Origin: an uncultured delta proteobacterium
Lineage (GTDB): Bacteria; Desulfobacterota; Binatia; UBA9968
Assembly (NCBI GenBank): GCA_963840855.1
Contig: CAWJBB010000079.1
Span: 32,001-96,000 of the forward strand
Direction of reading: 5' to 3'
DNA length: 64,000 bases
In this document: one piece after another, positions 9,963-19,616 of the stretch
How the letters are laid out: each line of letters starts with the position of its first letter
Numbering within the stretch: the first letter of the stretch is position 1
Position numbers and translations under genes: made by a program
The notes under the pieces: model-generated
Seen by the model: the letters and a program-made list of their open reading frames with translations, nothing else
Told to the model about the DNA's origin: nothing
Databases searched by the model: none

Positions 9963-10319
9963 CTAAAGCCTGACATAAGCCTCAAGTTCCAGGTGCAGTA
10001 TGAGGCCCCGGTCTATCCTGCCGAGCAACTCAGAGCTTAAAACCCCAGCGCTCCCTCGGATACGTCCCTTGTCGATGGTTCTCACTTGATCACAAAGCGC
10101 CCGTGAATCCTTCGATAAACGAGTGTCTTTAGCCGCCAACACGGGCTGCACCAGGCGTTCCGCCGCACGTCCGGTCACCGACGACAGCGGCACGACAGTC
10201 ACAGTTGATGACACATCGTTTGCTTCGGTCCGGGAAGCAATAACGCACGGACGGGTCTTTGGAACCTCTGCTCCGCGTGCTGGGTCTAGGCTAACCCACA
10301 CCAGCAAGTCCCTTACCAC
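9963..10319 (-). CDS. mazF: PemK/MazF family toxin (mRNA interferase)
   Basis: WVSLDPARGAE-KTRPCVI, TVVPLSS and CDQVRTIDKGR motifs. Confidence 0.92.
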   Translation of the reverse strand: MVRDLLVWVSLDPARGAEVPKTRPCVIASRTEANDVSSTVTVVPLSSVTGRAAERLVQPVLAAKDTRLSKDSRALCDQVRTIDKGRIRGSAGVLSSELLGRIDRGLILHLELEAYVRL

Positions 10320-10546
10320 GAAGGCCAGCCTTCTTTATCGATTTGACCAAAGTCGCGACTAATCCGACGTGACTCCTGGCGCGCGGCACGGTATTCGTCC
10401 AATAGGCGCGATTTTAGTTCCCTGGCACCGTGTTGAGCGATCCAATCGGCCAAACAGTTGTTCAAAAGCGCGCTCAAAGTTGTTTCGCCGGCCAGCTTCT
10501 TTGCCTTTTTTACCAGATCATCCTTCAGGACCACTGTGGTTCTCAT
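10313..10546 (-). CDS. Antitoxin with RHH (VapB/DUF2191-like) N-terminus
   Basis: MRTTVVLKDDLVKKAKKL; overlaps the toxin start; RBS GGAGG; acidic tail DKEGW. Confidence 0.85.
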   Translation of the reverse strand: MRTTVVLKDDLVKKAKKLAGETTLSALLNNCLADWIAQHGARELKSRLLDEYRAARQESRRISRDFGQIDKEGWPSW

Positions 10547-10556
10547 ATGCACCTCC

Positions 10557-10586
10557 AGCATACGACGATCATACAATAATCATACA
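10557..10586 (-). promoter_or_regulatory. Putative autoregulatory operator of the TA operon: three direct repeats at 11-bp period
   Basis: Minus strand TGTATGAT-tat-TGTATGAT-cgt-CGTATGCT immediately upstream of the RBS. Confidence 0.6.
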
Positions 10587-10668
10587 CCAGTTATCGACTT
10601 CTAAAGGATGAGGGCAAAGGGATAACGGATAAAATGTCGGAGAACTATGCGCACCAAAGAATCGATGC

Positions 10669-10721
10669 CCGTTCCAATAGTTCAAATCGTTCAACCGCTG
10701 CGCTCCGTTCAAATCGTTCGA
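10669..10721 (-). repeat. TTGAAC repeat cluster with a GAGCGCAGCG core (reverse orientation)
   Basis: Reverse complement GAACGATTTGAACGGAGCGCAGCGGTTGAACGATTTGAACTATTGGAAC. Confidence 0.8.
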
Positions 10722-11029
10722 GGAATGAGAAAAACCAACGGGGAGCTTGCACGTTTTGAGAATTCTCAAACCGTTGAAATAAAGCGTTTTACTTTTCATC
10801 CGTAACTGCTCGTGGTAGCCGGCATTCGCGAGCCAGCTCTATATAAGGATACGGATCCCGCCGGCGCATCGAAGGTAAGCGGGAGGAGGATTTAGGAACT
10901 CTTGGGATATTGCGGGAGCGGGAAGGGAAACGTGATCGTGGCCCCAAGATGGATAAAGCCAAAAGGACAATAGGAAGATCTGTTCGTGACACGTGAGCGT
11001 GGAAAAAAAGATGTGATTTTGGAGCGTGC

Positions 11030-11200
11030 TCTAAAACTCAACGCCAATCGTTCTTTTTTGGCCCGCTCTCGCGAATTATACCGATCCATGCGCGCATATC
11101 CATGGGCCGTGTCGTAACGGATCACCGGCTTCCATTCGTCGCGGACTTCGCTCTGTAACTGGACGACGAGCTCGACTACCCTGCGCGCCTGGTTCGATGG
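11030..11200 (-). pseudogene. Fragment of a DUF7718-like small protein
   Basis: RVVELVVQLQ..EWKPVIRYDTAHG motif; no proper start or end. Confidence 0.55.
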
Positions 11201-11234
11201 CCGCTGCGCGATGAAAACCGGCAAGCCGCAATGC

Positions 11235-11906
11235 TCAGCGCGGCTGCTCCGCGAGCTGCTCGACAACGTCTTTGGCGATAACCAATTCTTCGCCGGAGAC
11301 CTTGGCGTAGTGTTTGATCGCCTCGACGCGCCGGCCGTCACGGTAGAGATTCACGACGGTCTGCTTCAGTTCAGGCGCCATCGCGGCGACGAGTTCCGCG
11401 ACTTTCGCTGCCCGCCGCCCGCGCTCCTGCTTCGCGATGCGCGCCGCTTCGACGGTTTCCGGCGTAGGACAGCCGGTGATTTCCTGGAAGCGATTTCCCT
11501 CGTACACCAGTTGCAAAAGAATCATCGTAGATTTGGCCGGCGTCGAATTGAAATCGATTTGTAAGCGGTGCGTGGGCCGCACCGAGTAGTCGAACTTGTC
11601 GGCGAAAAGTGGCAATTCTCCCGCCGGCGATTTGGTGACTCGCCACTTGAAATCGGCGGGTATCCTATGGCGAGTCTGACGCTTGATCATTTCCTCGGTC
11701 ATGGAGCGGAAATCCTGATTGCCGCAGGCAAGGGCTCGCGGGTGCATAAGCGCCTTGCGCCGCTCGACGCTGCCGCTGTTAATGGCGTCCACCAGGCTCG
11801 CGGCAAACGCGCGTTCCTGTTCGGCGTTTTGCGCTTGAACAAGCCCCGTCATGCAAAATAGTAGAACGAACTGACAAGCGGCCTGAAGGACTGATTTCTT
11901 CATCAT
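11235..11906 (-). CDS. Exported hypothetical protein with C-terminal ribosomal L7/L12-CTD-like domain
   Basis: Signal peptide (VQA-Q); C-terminus GRRVEAIKHYAKVSGEELVIAKDVVEQL; RBS AGGAG. Confidence 0.7.
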   Translation of the reverse strand: MMKKSVLQAACQFVLLFCMTGLVQAQNAEQERAFAASLVDAINSGSVERRKALMHPRALACGNQDFRSMTEEMIKRQTRHRIPADFKWRVTKSPAGELPLFADKFDYSVRPTHRLQIDFNSTPAKSTMILLQLVYEGNRFQEITGCPTPETVEAARIAKQERGRRAAKVAELVAAMAPELKQTVVNLYRDGRRVEAIKHYAKVSGEELVIAKDVVEQLAEQPR

Positions 11907-11997
11907 GGCTCTCCTGGATTTTTGCGCCGCGTTTGCGCGCGGCGCATACAGGAAGGAAATCGGCGCCTATCCCCGTCGGTTTAGCCGGTTGAGTGAA

Positions 11998-12723
11998 TCA
12001 AACGGGAATTAATAGACCCCGGCTGGCGAGGGCGACCAGACGATCCAGATTGGTGAGAAAATCGTCGCGAAGCGCCGGCGCGCGGGTCAAGCGCCAGAGA
12101 ATCTCTCCATTCGACCAGGCGGTTTCGCGCGCCTTGCGCACGGAGAAGTTCGCGATGCGGTCATCGAGCCGGCCCAGATCTTCGTCGATGAGGCCGACGA
12201 TTCCCGTCGCGATGAATTGTTTCGCCTGCTCCTGCGCGGCATCGATAATCGCGTTAACCTTATCGAAGTCCCGGTGTTCGCGGTTGCCGCGCTTTGGCGC
12301 AAGGCGAAGTTCTTTGCCGGTTTGTACCAAGGCGATGGGCAAGTCGTGATTGATGTGCGCGTTGATCCCGGCCAGGGCGAACTGTACCCGCATGATGCCC
12401 CGCTTGTCTCGTAGTTCGAGCAGCGGCGACCAGGATCTCGCCATGTGGCTACGGTCGGAGTGCCAATGCGTAAGGGCGGCGAAATAGAGTTTTGCGAATA
12501 TTACGTCGAGCCGCTCCAACCACTTGGGGTTCTCCCACTGAACCACGGCTGACCGGTCCCGGACTCCTTCCGACACTGAAAGGTAAAGCAAGTTGAACCA
12601 TTTGAGACCATCTTCATCGACCAGCTCGCCGTCCAGCGCGCGCAGGAGTGAAATGACGTCGTGGACCGTGTCTATCGATGTGGAGGCGATCAGCTCGGCA
12701 ACTTTATGTTCGTCAGTCGGCAT
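11998..12723 (-). CDS. DUF5995 family protein
   Basis: DGLKWFNLLYLSV, LDVIFAKLYF, FALAGINAHINHDLPIAL and DFDKVN motifs. Confidence 0.8.
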   Translation of the reverse strand: MPTDEHKVAELIASTSIDTVHDVISLLRALDGELVDEDGLKWFNLLYLSVSEGVRDRSAVVQWENPKWLERLDVIFAKLYFAALTHWHSDRSHMARSWSPLLELRDKRGIMRVQFALAGINAHINHDLPIALVQTGKELRLAPKRGNREHRDFDKVNAIIDAAQEQAKQFIATGIVGLIDEDLGRLDDRIANFSVRKARETAWSNGEILWRLTRAPALRDDFLTNLDRLVALASRGLLIPV

Positions 12724-12775
12724 ATCGCGAAAATATATGAGCACAGTCGAAGGATGGGTCTTTTTCGGCAGCCCG

Positions 12776-14593
12776 TTAGCTTTGCTGAATGCCGTAGCGG
12801 CGCGCGAAAGCGTAGTAAAGGATCGCAACGGCGACCAGGATCACCGTCCAGATCACGCCGAAAGCCGCCAGCTCGCCGATTTGCGCGTTTTCCCAGAGTT
12901 CGAAGATGGCAACGGACACCACCGGTGTTTGCGGGCTGACCAGCAGTACTGACATCGATAGCTCTTTTGCGGACAGTAGAAAAACGAATATCCATCCGCC
13001 CAGAAACGACGGCGTAATCAGCGGCAGAATAATCCGGCGCATGGAGTTAAACCATGACGCGCCTGAAACATAGGAAGCCTCCTCCAATTCCTTGTGCAGC
13101 GACAACAGGCCGGAATGAGTGTAGCGGATGCCATAGGGAATGTAGCGGGTGGCGAAGGCTATCAACAGTATCCAGAGTGTTCCGTATACCGGTATGGGCA
13201 CGAAGAGATAAAACCTGAGAATTGCCAGTCCCATCACGATGCCGGGAAACAAGAGCGGCAGCGTCGTTAAAAAATCGAGCAGCCAGCGCCCGCGTATTTT
13301 GGTTCGCACCAAAATCCACGAGGCGAGCAGGGTCAGGATCATCACGAAACTGGCGCTGCCGAGCCCAAGGAGGATGCTGTTTTTTATGGAGTCGGTGATC
13401 TTCGGAAAGTTGAACGCGGTGACGTAGTTCTTGAGGGTAAATTTGCCAATCGCCTCCACCGACGGCTGCATGTAAAACGGCAGAAACGACGCCCAGAGAA
13501 TGATCAGAAATGGCAGCACCAGGAGCACCAAAGAATAAATCAAAAGGCCGGACGCCGCGACGTATCGCCAGCGGCCGAGATGGATCAGCGCGGGCCGGTA
13601 GCCTTTGCCGGTCACGGTGTGAAACCGTTCGCCCTCGCGCGTGATGCGGAAGTAGAGATAGAGCATGCCCGCGACCACGAGCATGAGCAGCACGGCGAAC
13701 GCGCCGGCGCTGCCGTAGCGGGGCGGCAGTTTTTGCGCGTCCAGATAGATCGAAGTCGTCAGCACTCGAATGTCGCCGGGAAGACCGACCAGCGCGGGAA
13801 TCTCGAAGGACTCGAAAGTGCGAATGAAAATCAGCAGCAGAACCGAGAAAAAAGCCGGCAGCATCAAACGCAGGGAGACGCGCCGCAGCGTCTGCCAGAG
13901 GCGGGCGCCGCAAACTGACGAAGCCTCTTCCAGGGCCGGGTCCATGGAGCGAAACGCCGCGGCGAGCATGAGAAAAACAAACGGCGACCACAAGAGCGAT
14001 TCGATGAGAATCATGCCCAAGAGGGAATAGATATTGATGACCGGACTGGTTTGATTGAGCAGGATCTTGAGCCAGTAATTGATCGGTCCGGCTCTGCCGA
14101 GCAGCAGCAGCCAACCGATGGTGTACAAAATGAACGGCGTGCCGAATGACGCGAAGGCGGTGAAGTATCCCAAGCCGCGTAGCGGCACGTCCGTGCGCGT
14201 CACGACCCAGGCGATGGAGCCGCCCAACAGCGTCGCGAAGACCGCGCTGCCGATGGAAAAATAGAGGCTATTTAAGAACGGTCCGATGATGCTCAGCTCG
14301 GCGAGAAGCTGGCGATAATATTGGAATGTAAACTGGTCGATTTCGCCGGTGAGCTTGGTAGTAAACAGGCTTGTTTGGATCACCGAATAAAGCGGCGGCA
14401 AAACGAGATAGGCCGTGACCACCGAAACGGCGATCATCACGCAGGTGGCGGCATCCAGGCGCGATGTCAGACCGAGAGCGAACCCCCGCGCTCCCGGCGC
14501 CGCTTGAGACTTGATCGGAGCATTATAGGTTTGCGACGATGGTTGTTTTGCCATGGCGGCGAGCGATGAGAACCCATCCCCGTTAATTCTCAC
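12776..14593 (-). CDS. Fe3+-type ABC transporter permease (fused double domain)
   Basis: Two EAA loops (DPALEEASSVCGA; HKELEEASYVSGA); many TM helices; start uncertain (possibly 14554). Confidence 0.92.
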   Translation of the reverse strand: MRINGDGFSSLAAMAKQPSSQTYNAPIKSQAAPGARGFALGLTSRLDAATCVMIAVSVVTAYLVLPPLYSVIQTSLFTTKLTGEIDQFTFQYYRQLLAELSIIGPFLNSLYFSIGSAVFATLLGGSIAWVVTRTDVPLRGLGYFTAFASFGTPFILYTIGWLLLLGRAGPINYWLKILLNQTSPVINIYSLLGMILIESLLWSPFVFLMLAAAFRSMDPALEEASSVCGARLWQTLRRVSLRLMLPAFFSVLLLIFIRTFESFEIPALVGLPGDIRVLTTSIYLDAQKLPPRYGSAGAFAVLLMLVVAGMLYLYFRITREGERFHTVTGKGYRPALIHLGRWRYVAASGLLIYSLVLLVLPFLIILWASFLPFYMQPSVEAIGKFTLKNYVTAFNFPKITDSIKNSILLGLGSASFVMILTLLASWILVRTKIRGRWLLDFLTTLPLLFPGIVMGLAILRFYLFVPIPVYGTLWILLIAFATRYIPYGIRYTHSGLLSLHKELEEASYVSGASWFNSMRRIILPLITPSFLGGWIFVFLLSAKELSMSVLLVSPQTPVVSVAIFELWENAQIGELAAFGVIWTVILVAVAILYYAFARRYGIQQS

Positions 14594-14724
14594 GCGAAGC
14601 TAGTCTGATCGACTTCGTCTGTCAAGGCAGAACGCGAACGTCGTTGCAGCAAAATCAAACCACGGGACAAGCTATAGAAGATTGCGGCGTACGGCAGCGG
14701 CGCGGGGCACAGACGCGTGCAGGT

Positions 14725-15807
14725 TCACTTCAAGAAGTTATTCTCGAAATACTCAACCCACGCGTTCCCTTCATTCAATTGTGAGTCGGGGGTAAAATAG
14801 AGCGCCCGCTTGAACCGGCCGCCGCCGGGCTTCAGATCCGGTTGCTTCGCCGGAACTTTCGGATGTGACGGCAAATAGTTGACCGATTGGAATACCCTCT
14901 GTCCTTTTTCAGACAAAATGAAATCGATTAAAAGCATCGTGGCATGAGGGTGCGGCGATCTCGTCACCGGCGAGATCGTATTGATGGTGGCCGATGCCGG
15001 CTCCAACGCGTACCAATCCACCGGCGCGCCGGCGGATTTGCTGATGTGGGCATGATGATTGAAGATGTGCAACGCGATCGGATACTCGCCGGCGATCACG
15101 AGATCCAGGAGCTGCCGGTTGCTGGCGGTGGTCTTGGCGACGTTCTGTCCTTTTAACTTTTGCAGGTACGCCCGGGCCTTCTCCTGCCCCATGGTCTGGA
15201 AAAGGTTGCCGATCATCATCGGCGCGCCGGAGCCGCGGCTGGTGGACCACATCATCTGGCCTTTCCAGCGCGGGTTGAGCAGGTCTTCATAAGTCTTTGG
15301 AACTTCATTAGGCTTGACCATGCGGGTGTTGTAGCCGAGGGAAAAGAAATAGACATTGCTCACTGCCCAAAAACCCTGAGGGTCTTTCAACTCAGCGGGA
15401 TATTCGGCGAGATGCGGCGAATAAAAGCGCTGCAAGTAGCCCGCCTGCTTGATCATCGGCGCCGTCACCGTGCCATCGGCAATGTCCACCTCGTATTTCT
15501 TGGCCTGATATTCGGCGAACATTCTCTGCACCAGCCGTTCGGAGTTGCCGCGGAAGAATTCAATCTGTAGAAAAGGATACTCTTTTTCGAAGGCGTCTTT
15601 CACCGGCCTGACCACCTGATCGACGATGAGCGAGGTGTACCACGTTATCTTCCCTTCCTTGCGCGCCCCTTCGACGAGCATCTTTCGGCGGTCGGGTTTA
15701 TTATAGAGGCTGATTTCCTCCACCGACGCGGCGCGGGAAAGCGCAACCGGCGACAAACCAACGATGCTCATGATAACGGCCGTAAAAAGAACTTTCGGAA
15801 GTTTCAT
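14725..15807 (-). CDS. ABC transporter substrate-binding protein (Fe3+/polyamine-like)
   Basis: Signal peptide; ARKEGK, PKTYEDLLNPRWKG and PHPHA motifs. Confidence 0.92.
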   Translation of the reverse strand: MKLPKVLFTAVIMSIVGLSPVALSRAASVEEISLYNKPDRRKMLVEGARKEGKITWYTSLIVDQVVRPVKDAFEKEYPFLQIEFFRGNSERLVQRMFAEYQAKKYEVDIADGTVTAPMIKQAGYLQRFYSPHLAEYPAELKDPQGFWAVSNVYFFSLGYNTRMVKPNEVPKTYEDLLNPRWKGQMMWSTSRGSGAPMMIGNLFQTMGQEKARAYLQKLKGQNVAKTTASNRQLLDLVIAGEYPIALHIFNHHAHISKSAGAPVDWYALEPASATINTISPVTRSPHPHATMLLIDFILSEKGQRVFQSVNYLPSHPKVPAKQPDLKPGGGRFKRALYFTPDSQLNEGNAWVEYFENNFLK

Positions 15808-15841
15808 TTTTTATCTCCAGAAGTCTAGAAGAACCGCTCGC

Positions 15842-16966
15842 TTATTTCAGAATCGTCTCGGCGAACCGGCCGGCCGGTACTCTGACTTTGGTGTACTTGT
15901 CTTCCAGATGATTTCTCAGCCGGTGATAATCTTGCAGCGTAAGAACGTCCTTGGCAGCGGTGACGCCGATCTCATTCAGCCATTTGGTATCGACATCGAG
16001 ACGGCGCGATCCGTTCTCCATGATCCTGCCGTACCAATCTTGCCCTTCTCGGCTTAGGAACCAGTTAATAAAAACCTTCGTGGCATTGGGATGCGGCGGA
16101 TTTTTAACGATGCCGATCACGCCGAAGCTGTTGCTCGCCGGCAAACCCTCTTTCGGCGCCGGCACCGGTTTGAGCGGCAAACCCGCGCTGACGAAAGGAT
16201 CGGTCTGACTTCGCCCCAAGCCGAACGCGATGGCAACTTTACCTTTGCCCAGGGCGTCGGCGAGTTGGCGCAAGTCACGGGTGATGAACAGCTCCTGCTG
16301 CACCAGTTTTTTCAGAAATTCCTCGCCTTTGAGCTCCCACATAAATGACCAGATGGATTGTCCGGAGCTCGGCACGCGCGGGTCGCTGAAACCGATCTTG
16401 CCTTTCCATTTCGGATTGAGGTAGTCGTCGAAAACGCGCAATTCTTCCGGCTTTGCCAGGCTGGTGTTATACCACACGCCATGAGTGCTGACATCCGCCA
16501 GGAATGAATAAAGGAATTTATGCGTGCTCACGTTATCTTCCCAGATATGGCCGCCCCACCACTGTTTGGCATCTTTGACCTCGGGAACAAACCAGAATGG
16601 CTCCATGGGTTCGAGCATGCCGTCGTGGGTGAGACCCGCCGCGGTGCCGGTGCCACAGATGATGGCGTCGAAATAGCGCACTCCGGCCTTCTGTTCCGCT
16701 GCGATCCGGCTTGCGTTTTTCGGCCCCGGCGCCGGCACCAACTCAGCTTCCAGGCCTAATTTTTGCCGCAACACCGTTTCCATTTCTTTGCGCAACTCGC
16801 TCGCCGGTGGTATCGCGAGCACGATCTTGCCTTCCTTTTTAGCGGCCTCAATGGCTTTGTCCCAATCCGGCGAGCGCTTGGCGTCAGCTCCGTGAGCCCC
16901 ACCGGAGAAAACCAGCATTAAACCAATAATAATGATAGCGCACCAATCACGCTTCTCCATGCGCAT
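15842..16966 (-). CDS. ABC transporter substrate-binding protein (Fe3+-like)
   Basis: Signal peptide; AAKKEGK, LNPKWKGKI and PPHPNATKVFINWFLS motifs; RBS GGAGGTG. Confidence 0.9.
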   Translation of the reverse strand: MRMEKRDWCAIIIIGLMLVFSGGAHGADAKRSPDWDKAIEAAKKEGKIVLAIPPASELRKEMETVLRQKLGLEAELVPAPGPKNASRIAAEQKAGVRYFDAIICGTGTAAGLTHDGMLEPMEPFWFVPEVKDAKQWWGGHIWEDNVSTHKFLYSFLADVSTHGVWYNTSLAKPEELRVFDDYLNPKWKGKIGFSDPRVPSSGQSIWSFMWELKGEEFLKKLVQQELFITRDLRQLADALGKGKVAIAFGLGRSQTDPFVSAGLPLKPVPAPKEGLPASNSFGVIGIVKNPPHPNATKVFINWFLSREGQDWYGRIMENGSRRLDVDTKWLNEIGVTAAKDVLTLQDYHRLRNHLEDKYTKVRVPAGRFAETILK

Positions 16967-17101
16967 CGACTCACCTCCGTGGTAAGGGTTGCTCACCGGA
17001 CCTCTAGTTTACATCCCGAAAGCGTAGGCGGAAAAGAGCAACCAGAATCCGGCTGCGAGAAATTCTTTCTTCATCGAACGTTGACGGCAGACTGTTGGCT
17101 T

Positions 17102-18619
17102 TTAAAGGTGATTTTTGACGAACTCCGCCGCCCGTTCGCCGATCATCATGCTGGTCAGATTGGTGTTGGAATGCGCTACCGCCGGCATAATCGACGCGTC
17201 ACTGACCCAGAGATTTTCAATGCCGTGCACGCGCAAGCGTTGGTCCACCACCGCCATCCGGTCCGATGCCGGCCCCATCTTGCAGGTGCCGGCGCCGTGA
17301 AAATAACTCGTGTAACTGGAGCGCGCGAATTTGCTCCAATCTTCATCCGGGCTCGGCGAGAACAGCTCGCCGCAGAATTTATCCAACGGCGCAGTTTTCG
17401 CCAGTCGCTCGACGAATTTCATCGCCGACAGCATTGCCTGAATGTCCTTTGGGTGTTCCAACATCCGCGGATCGATGACCGGCAAGTCGCCCGCTTCCGC
17501 GCTTTGCAACGTGAGCCGCCCCCGGTTGGTCTGCTCCAACAAATGACAAGAAAATGAAATCATATCGCCGATGCCGGACACGGTGGTGATTTCGCGCAGA
17601 ATGATGTGAAAGTCGAGGTGCGCGCGCGCCGGGTCGCTTTTGAAATACATCTTGAGGGTCGAGCGGCCGCGCGCCTGGAGCTGTCGGCCGCCGGTCTTCG
17701 CCTTGAGCGTCATGGTTACCACCGGGTGATCCTGATAATTTTCCCCGACACCGTCCAGGGAGTGAACGACGGAAATTCCGTGACGCTCCAGTTCAGCCCG
17801 CGGGCCGATGCCGGAGAGCATCAGAATCTGCGGCGAATGATAAACACCGGCGCTGAGCACGATGCGATCACCCATGACCGTTTGTTCATTGCCATCTTTG
17901 CTGTAACGCACGCCTTCAGCTCTTTTCCCGTCAAGAATTAGCCCTGCCACCTGCGCGTCGCCGATGATCGTCAGGTTGGACCGCCGCCGCGCGGGTCCAA
18001 GGTAAGCGACCGCCGAGGATTGTCGCTTGCCATCCTTAATGTTGCGCGCCGTCGGCGCAATGCCGTGGGGGTTGGGCTCGTTTTGGTCATCGAACTTGGG
18101 AAGGCCGAGCCGCGTCACGGCCTCCAGCAAAGCTTGCTCCTGGCCCTCGAGTTGCGTGTCAAAGACATGTTTGCGCCCGACATAGATCGGGCCTGAGTTG
18201 CCGTGAATGGGACTATCTGGAAAGTCGTGATCCGATTCCATGCGCTTCAACACCGGCAGGACGTTTTCCCACGACCATTCGGGGTTGCCCTGCGCGGCCC
18301 AAGCGTCGAGATCGGCCTTGATCGGCCGCGGGATCGACATCATGTTGACTGACGAGCCGCCGCCCATGATTCTGCCGGCCAGCGAATAGAATTCGCTGCC
18401 GTCAAAATTGCGTTTGGTTGGATACATGAGAATGTACGGGCTTTCGAGAAGAACGTTGGTCGCCTGATCGGCGTCGAGCACGGTTTCCGGAATCGGCTGC
18501 GGATCAGGCCCCGCTTCGAGCAACAGCACCGTTCGGTTTGAATCCTCAGAAAGTCGTGATGCGATGACACAACCAGCGGAACCGCCGCCGGCGACGATGA
18601 CATCATAATGATCGGACAT
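17102..18619 (-). CDS. GMC oxidoreductase (choline dehydrogenase-like)
   Basis: GGGSAG FAD motif; GRIMGGGSSVN, VGENYQDHP, HGAGTCKMG and DASIMP..NTN motifs. Confidence 0.95.
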   Translation of the reverse strand: MSDHYDVIVAGGGSAGCVIASRLSEDSNRTVLLLEAGPDPQPIPETVLDADQATNVLLESPYILMYPTKRNFDGSEFYSLAGRIMGGGSSVNMMSIPRPIKADLDAWAAQGNPEWSWENVLPVLKRMESDHDFPDSPIHGNSGPIYVGRKHVFDTQLEGQEQALLEAVTRLGLPKFDDQNEPNPHGIAPTARNIKDGKRQSSAVAYLGPARRRSNLTIIGDAQVAGLILDGKRAEGVRYSKDGNEQTVMGDRIVLSAGVYHSPQILMLSGIGPRAELERHGISVVHSLDGVGENYQDHPVVTMTLKAKTGGRQLQARGRSTLKMYFKSDPARAHLDFHIILREITTVSGIGDMISFSCHLLEQTNRGRLTLQSAEAGDLPVIDPRMLEHPKDIQAMLSAMKFVERLAKTAPLDKFCGELFSPSPDEDWSKFARSSYTSYFHGAGTCKMGPASDRMAVVDQRLRVHGIENLWVSDASIMPAVAHSNTNLTSMMIGERAAEFVKNHL

Positions 18620-18695
18620 TCGATTCTCCTAATCTCGGACTCGTCGCAATCGCATCTTATTCCTAGCCGCTCTCTTCATTGGCTCCTTTTGCTCT

Positions 18696-18794
18696 TCGAC
18701 CTTGCTCAGAGCGGTGAGTTTGTCGAACCACGCCTTTGCGCGTGATGCTCTCCCCATCGCCCTCCCCGCTTGCGGGAGAGGGAAAGGTGAGGGT
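18696..18794. repeat. Two short palindromic REP-like units
   Basis: TTCGACCTTGCTCAG..TGAGTTTGTCGAA and CCCTCCCCGCTTGCGGGAGAGGG..GGTGAGGG. Confidence 0.55.
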
Positions 18795-18971
18795 CGCGCC
18801 AAAAATTCCTTCTCCTCCGAGCAAGGCCGTTAAATTTAGTCATAACTTTTAGCAGATGACCGGGCGCTGCTGTCAAGGCTCCGTTAGGCCTCGCTGCTGG
18901 CGCATACGATCCGGCGATGACGAGTCACTCGCCCGCTTGAGGACTCCCAAGGGTTAGGATATCTTGCAGGA

Positions 18972-19205
18972 ATGGCAACGACGGTCGAACAGTTGGCGAA
19001 ACAGGCAATGGACCTACCGGCCGAATCGCGTGCGCGGCTTGCAGACCTGTTGGTGGAGAGCTTGGACGCGGAAGAACTTGGGCAGATCGACCGGCTGTGG
19101 ATTGAGGAAGCGCGGCGCAGGCGAGACGAAGTACGCAGCGGCCACGTCGAGACAATCCCTGGAGAAGAGGGGCTCCGAAAGGTGCGTGATGCCCTTCGCC
19201 GATGA
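18972..19205 (+). CDS. Putative addiction module antitoxin component
   Basis: LPAESRARLADLLVESLD...WIEEARRR...IPGEE; overlaps the downstream toxin (ATGA). Confidence 0.9.
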   Translation: MATTVEQLAKQAMDLPAESRARLADLLVESLDAEELGQIDRLWIEEARRRRDEVRSGHVETIPGEEGLRKVRDALRR

Positions 19206-19501
19206 CATATCGATTCCACCCAGAAGCGCTCGAAGAGTATCGAGAGGCATCCCGCTACTACGCGGAGCGCGATCCAGCACTTGCGCTACGGTTTATCGAG
19301 GCTGTTGAGGACGCGATCCAACGCATTCTAGAAGCGCCAGAACGTTGGCGAGTTCTCGATGACGACGTTCGTCGCTGCCTTACGCATGTCTTCCCGTACG
19401 GAATCCTGTACACAATCGAAGCGGAATTCATCCTTGTTGTTGCTGTGATGCATGGCAGCCGCAAGCCGGGCTATTGGAAGGCGCGAGTCGGCACGTCCTA
19501 A
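19202..19501 (+). CDS. parE: RelE/ParE family toxin
   Basis: FHPEALEEY..A..YY, RRCLTHVFPYGILY and VAVMHGSRKPGYW motifs. Confidence 0.9.
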   Translation: MTYRFHPEALEEYREASRYYAERDPALALRFIEAVEDAIQRILEAPERWRVLDDDVRRCLTHVFPYGILYTIEAEFILVVAVMHGSRKPGYWKARVGTS

Positions 19502-19616
19502 AAATGCATTGAGAACGGGGCTCGCAATCTCCTCGCGGCTTGACCGAAGGTTGACTTGGACGCTTGAGACCTCGACTTTTGGACCTGTCCCCAAGGGCAA
19601 CCGAGGCACAAGTAAG

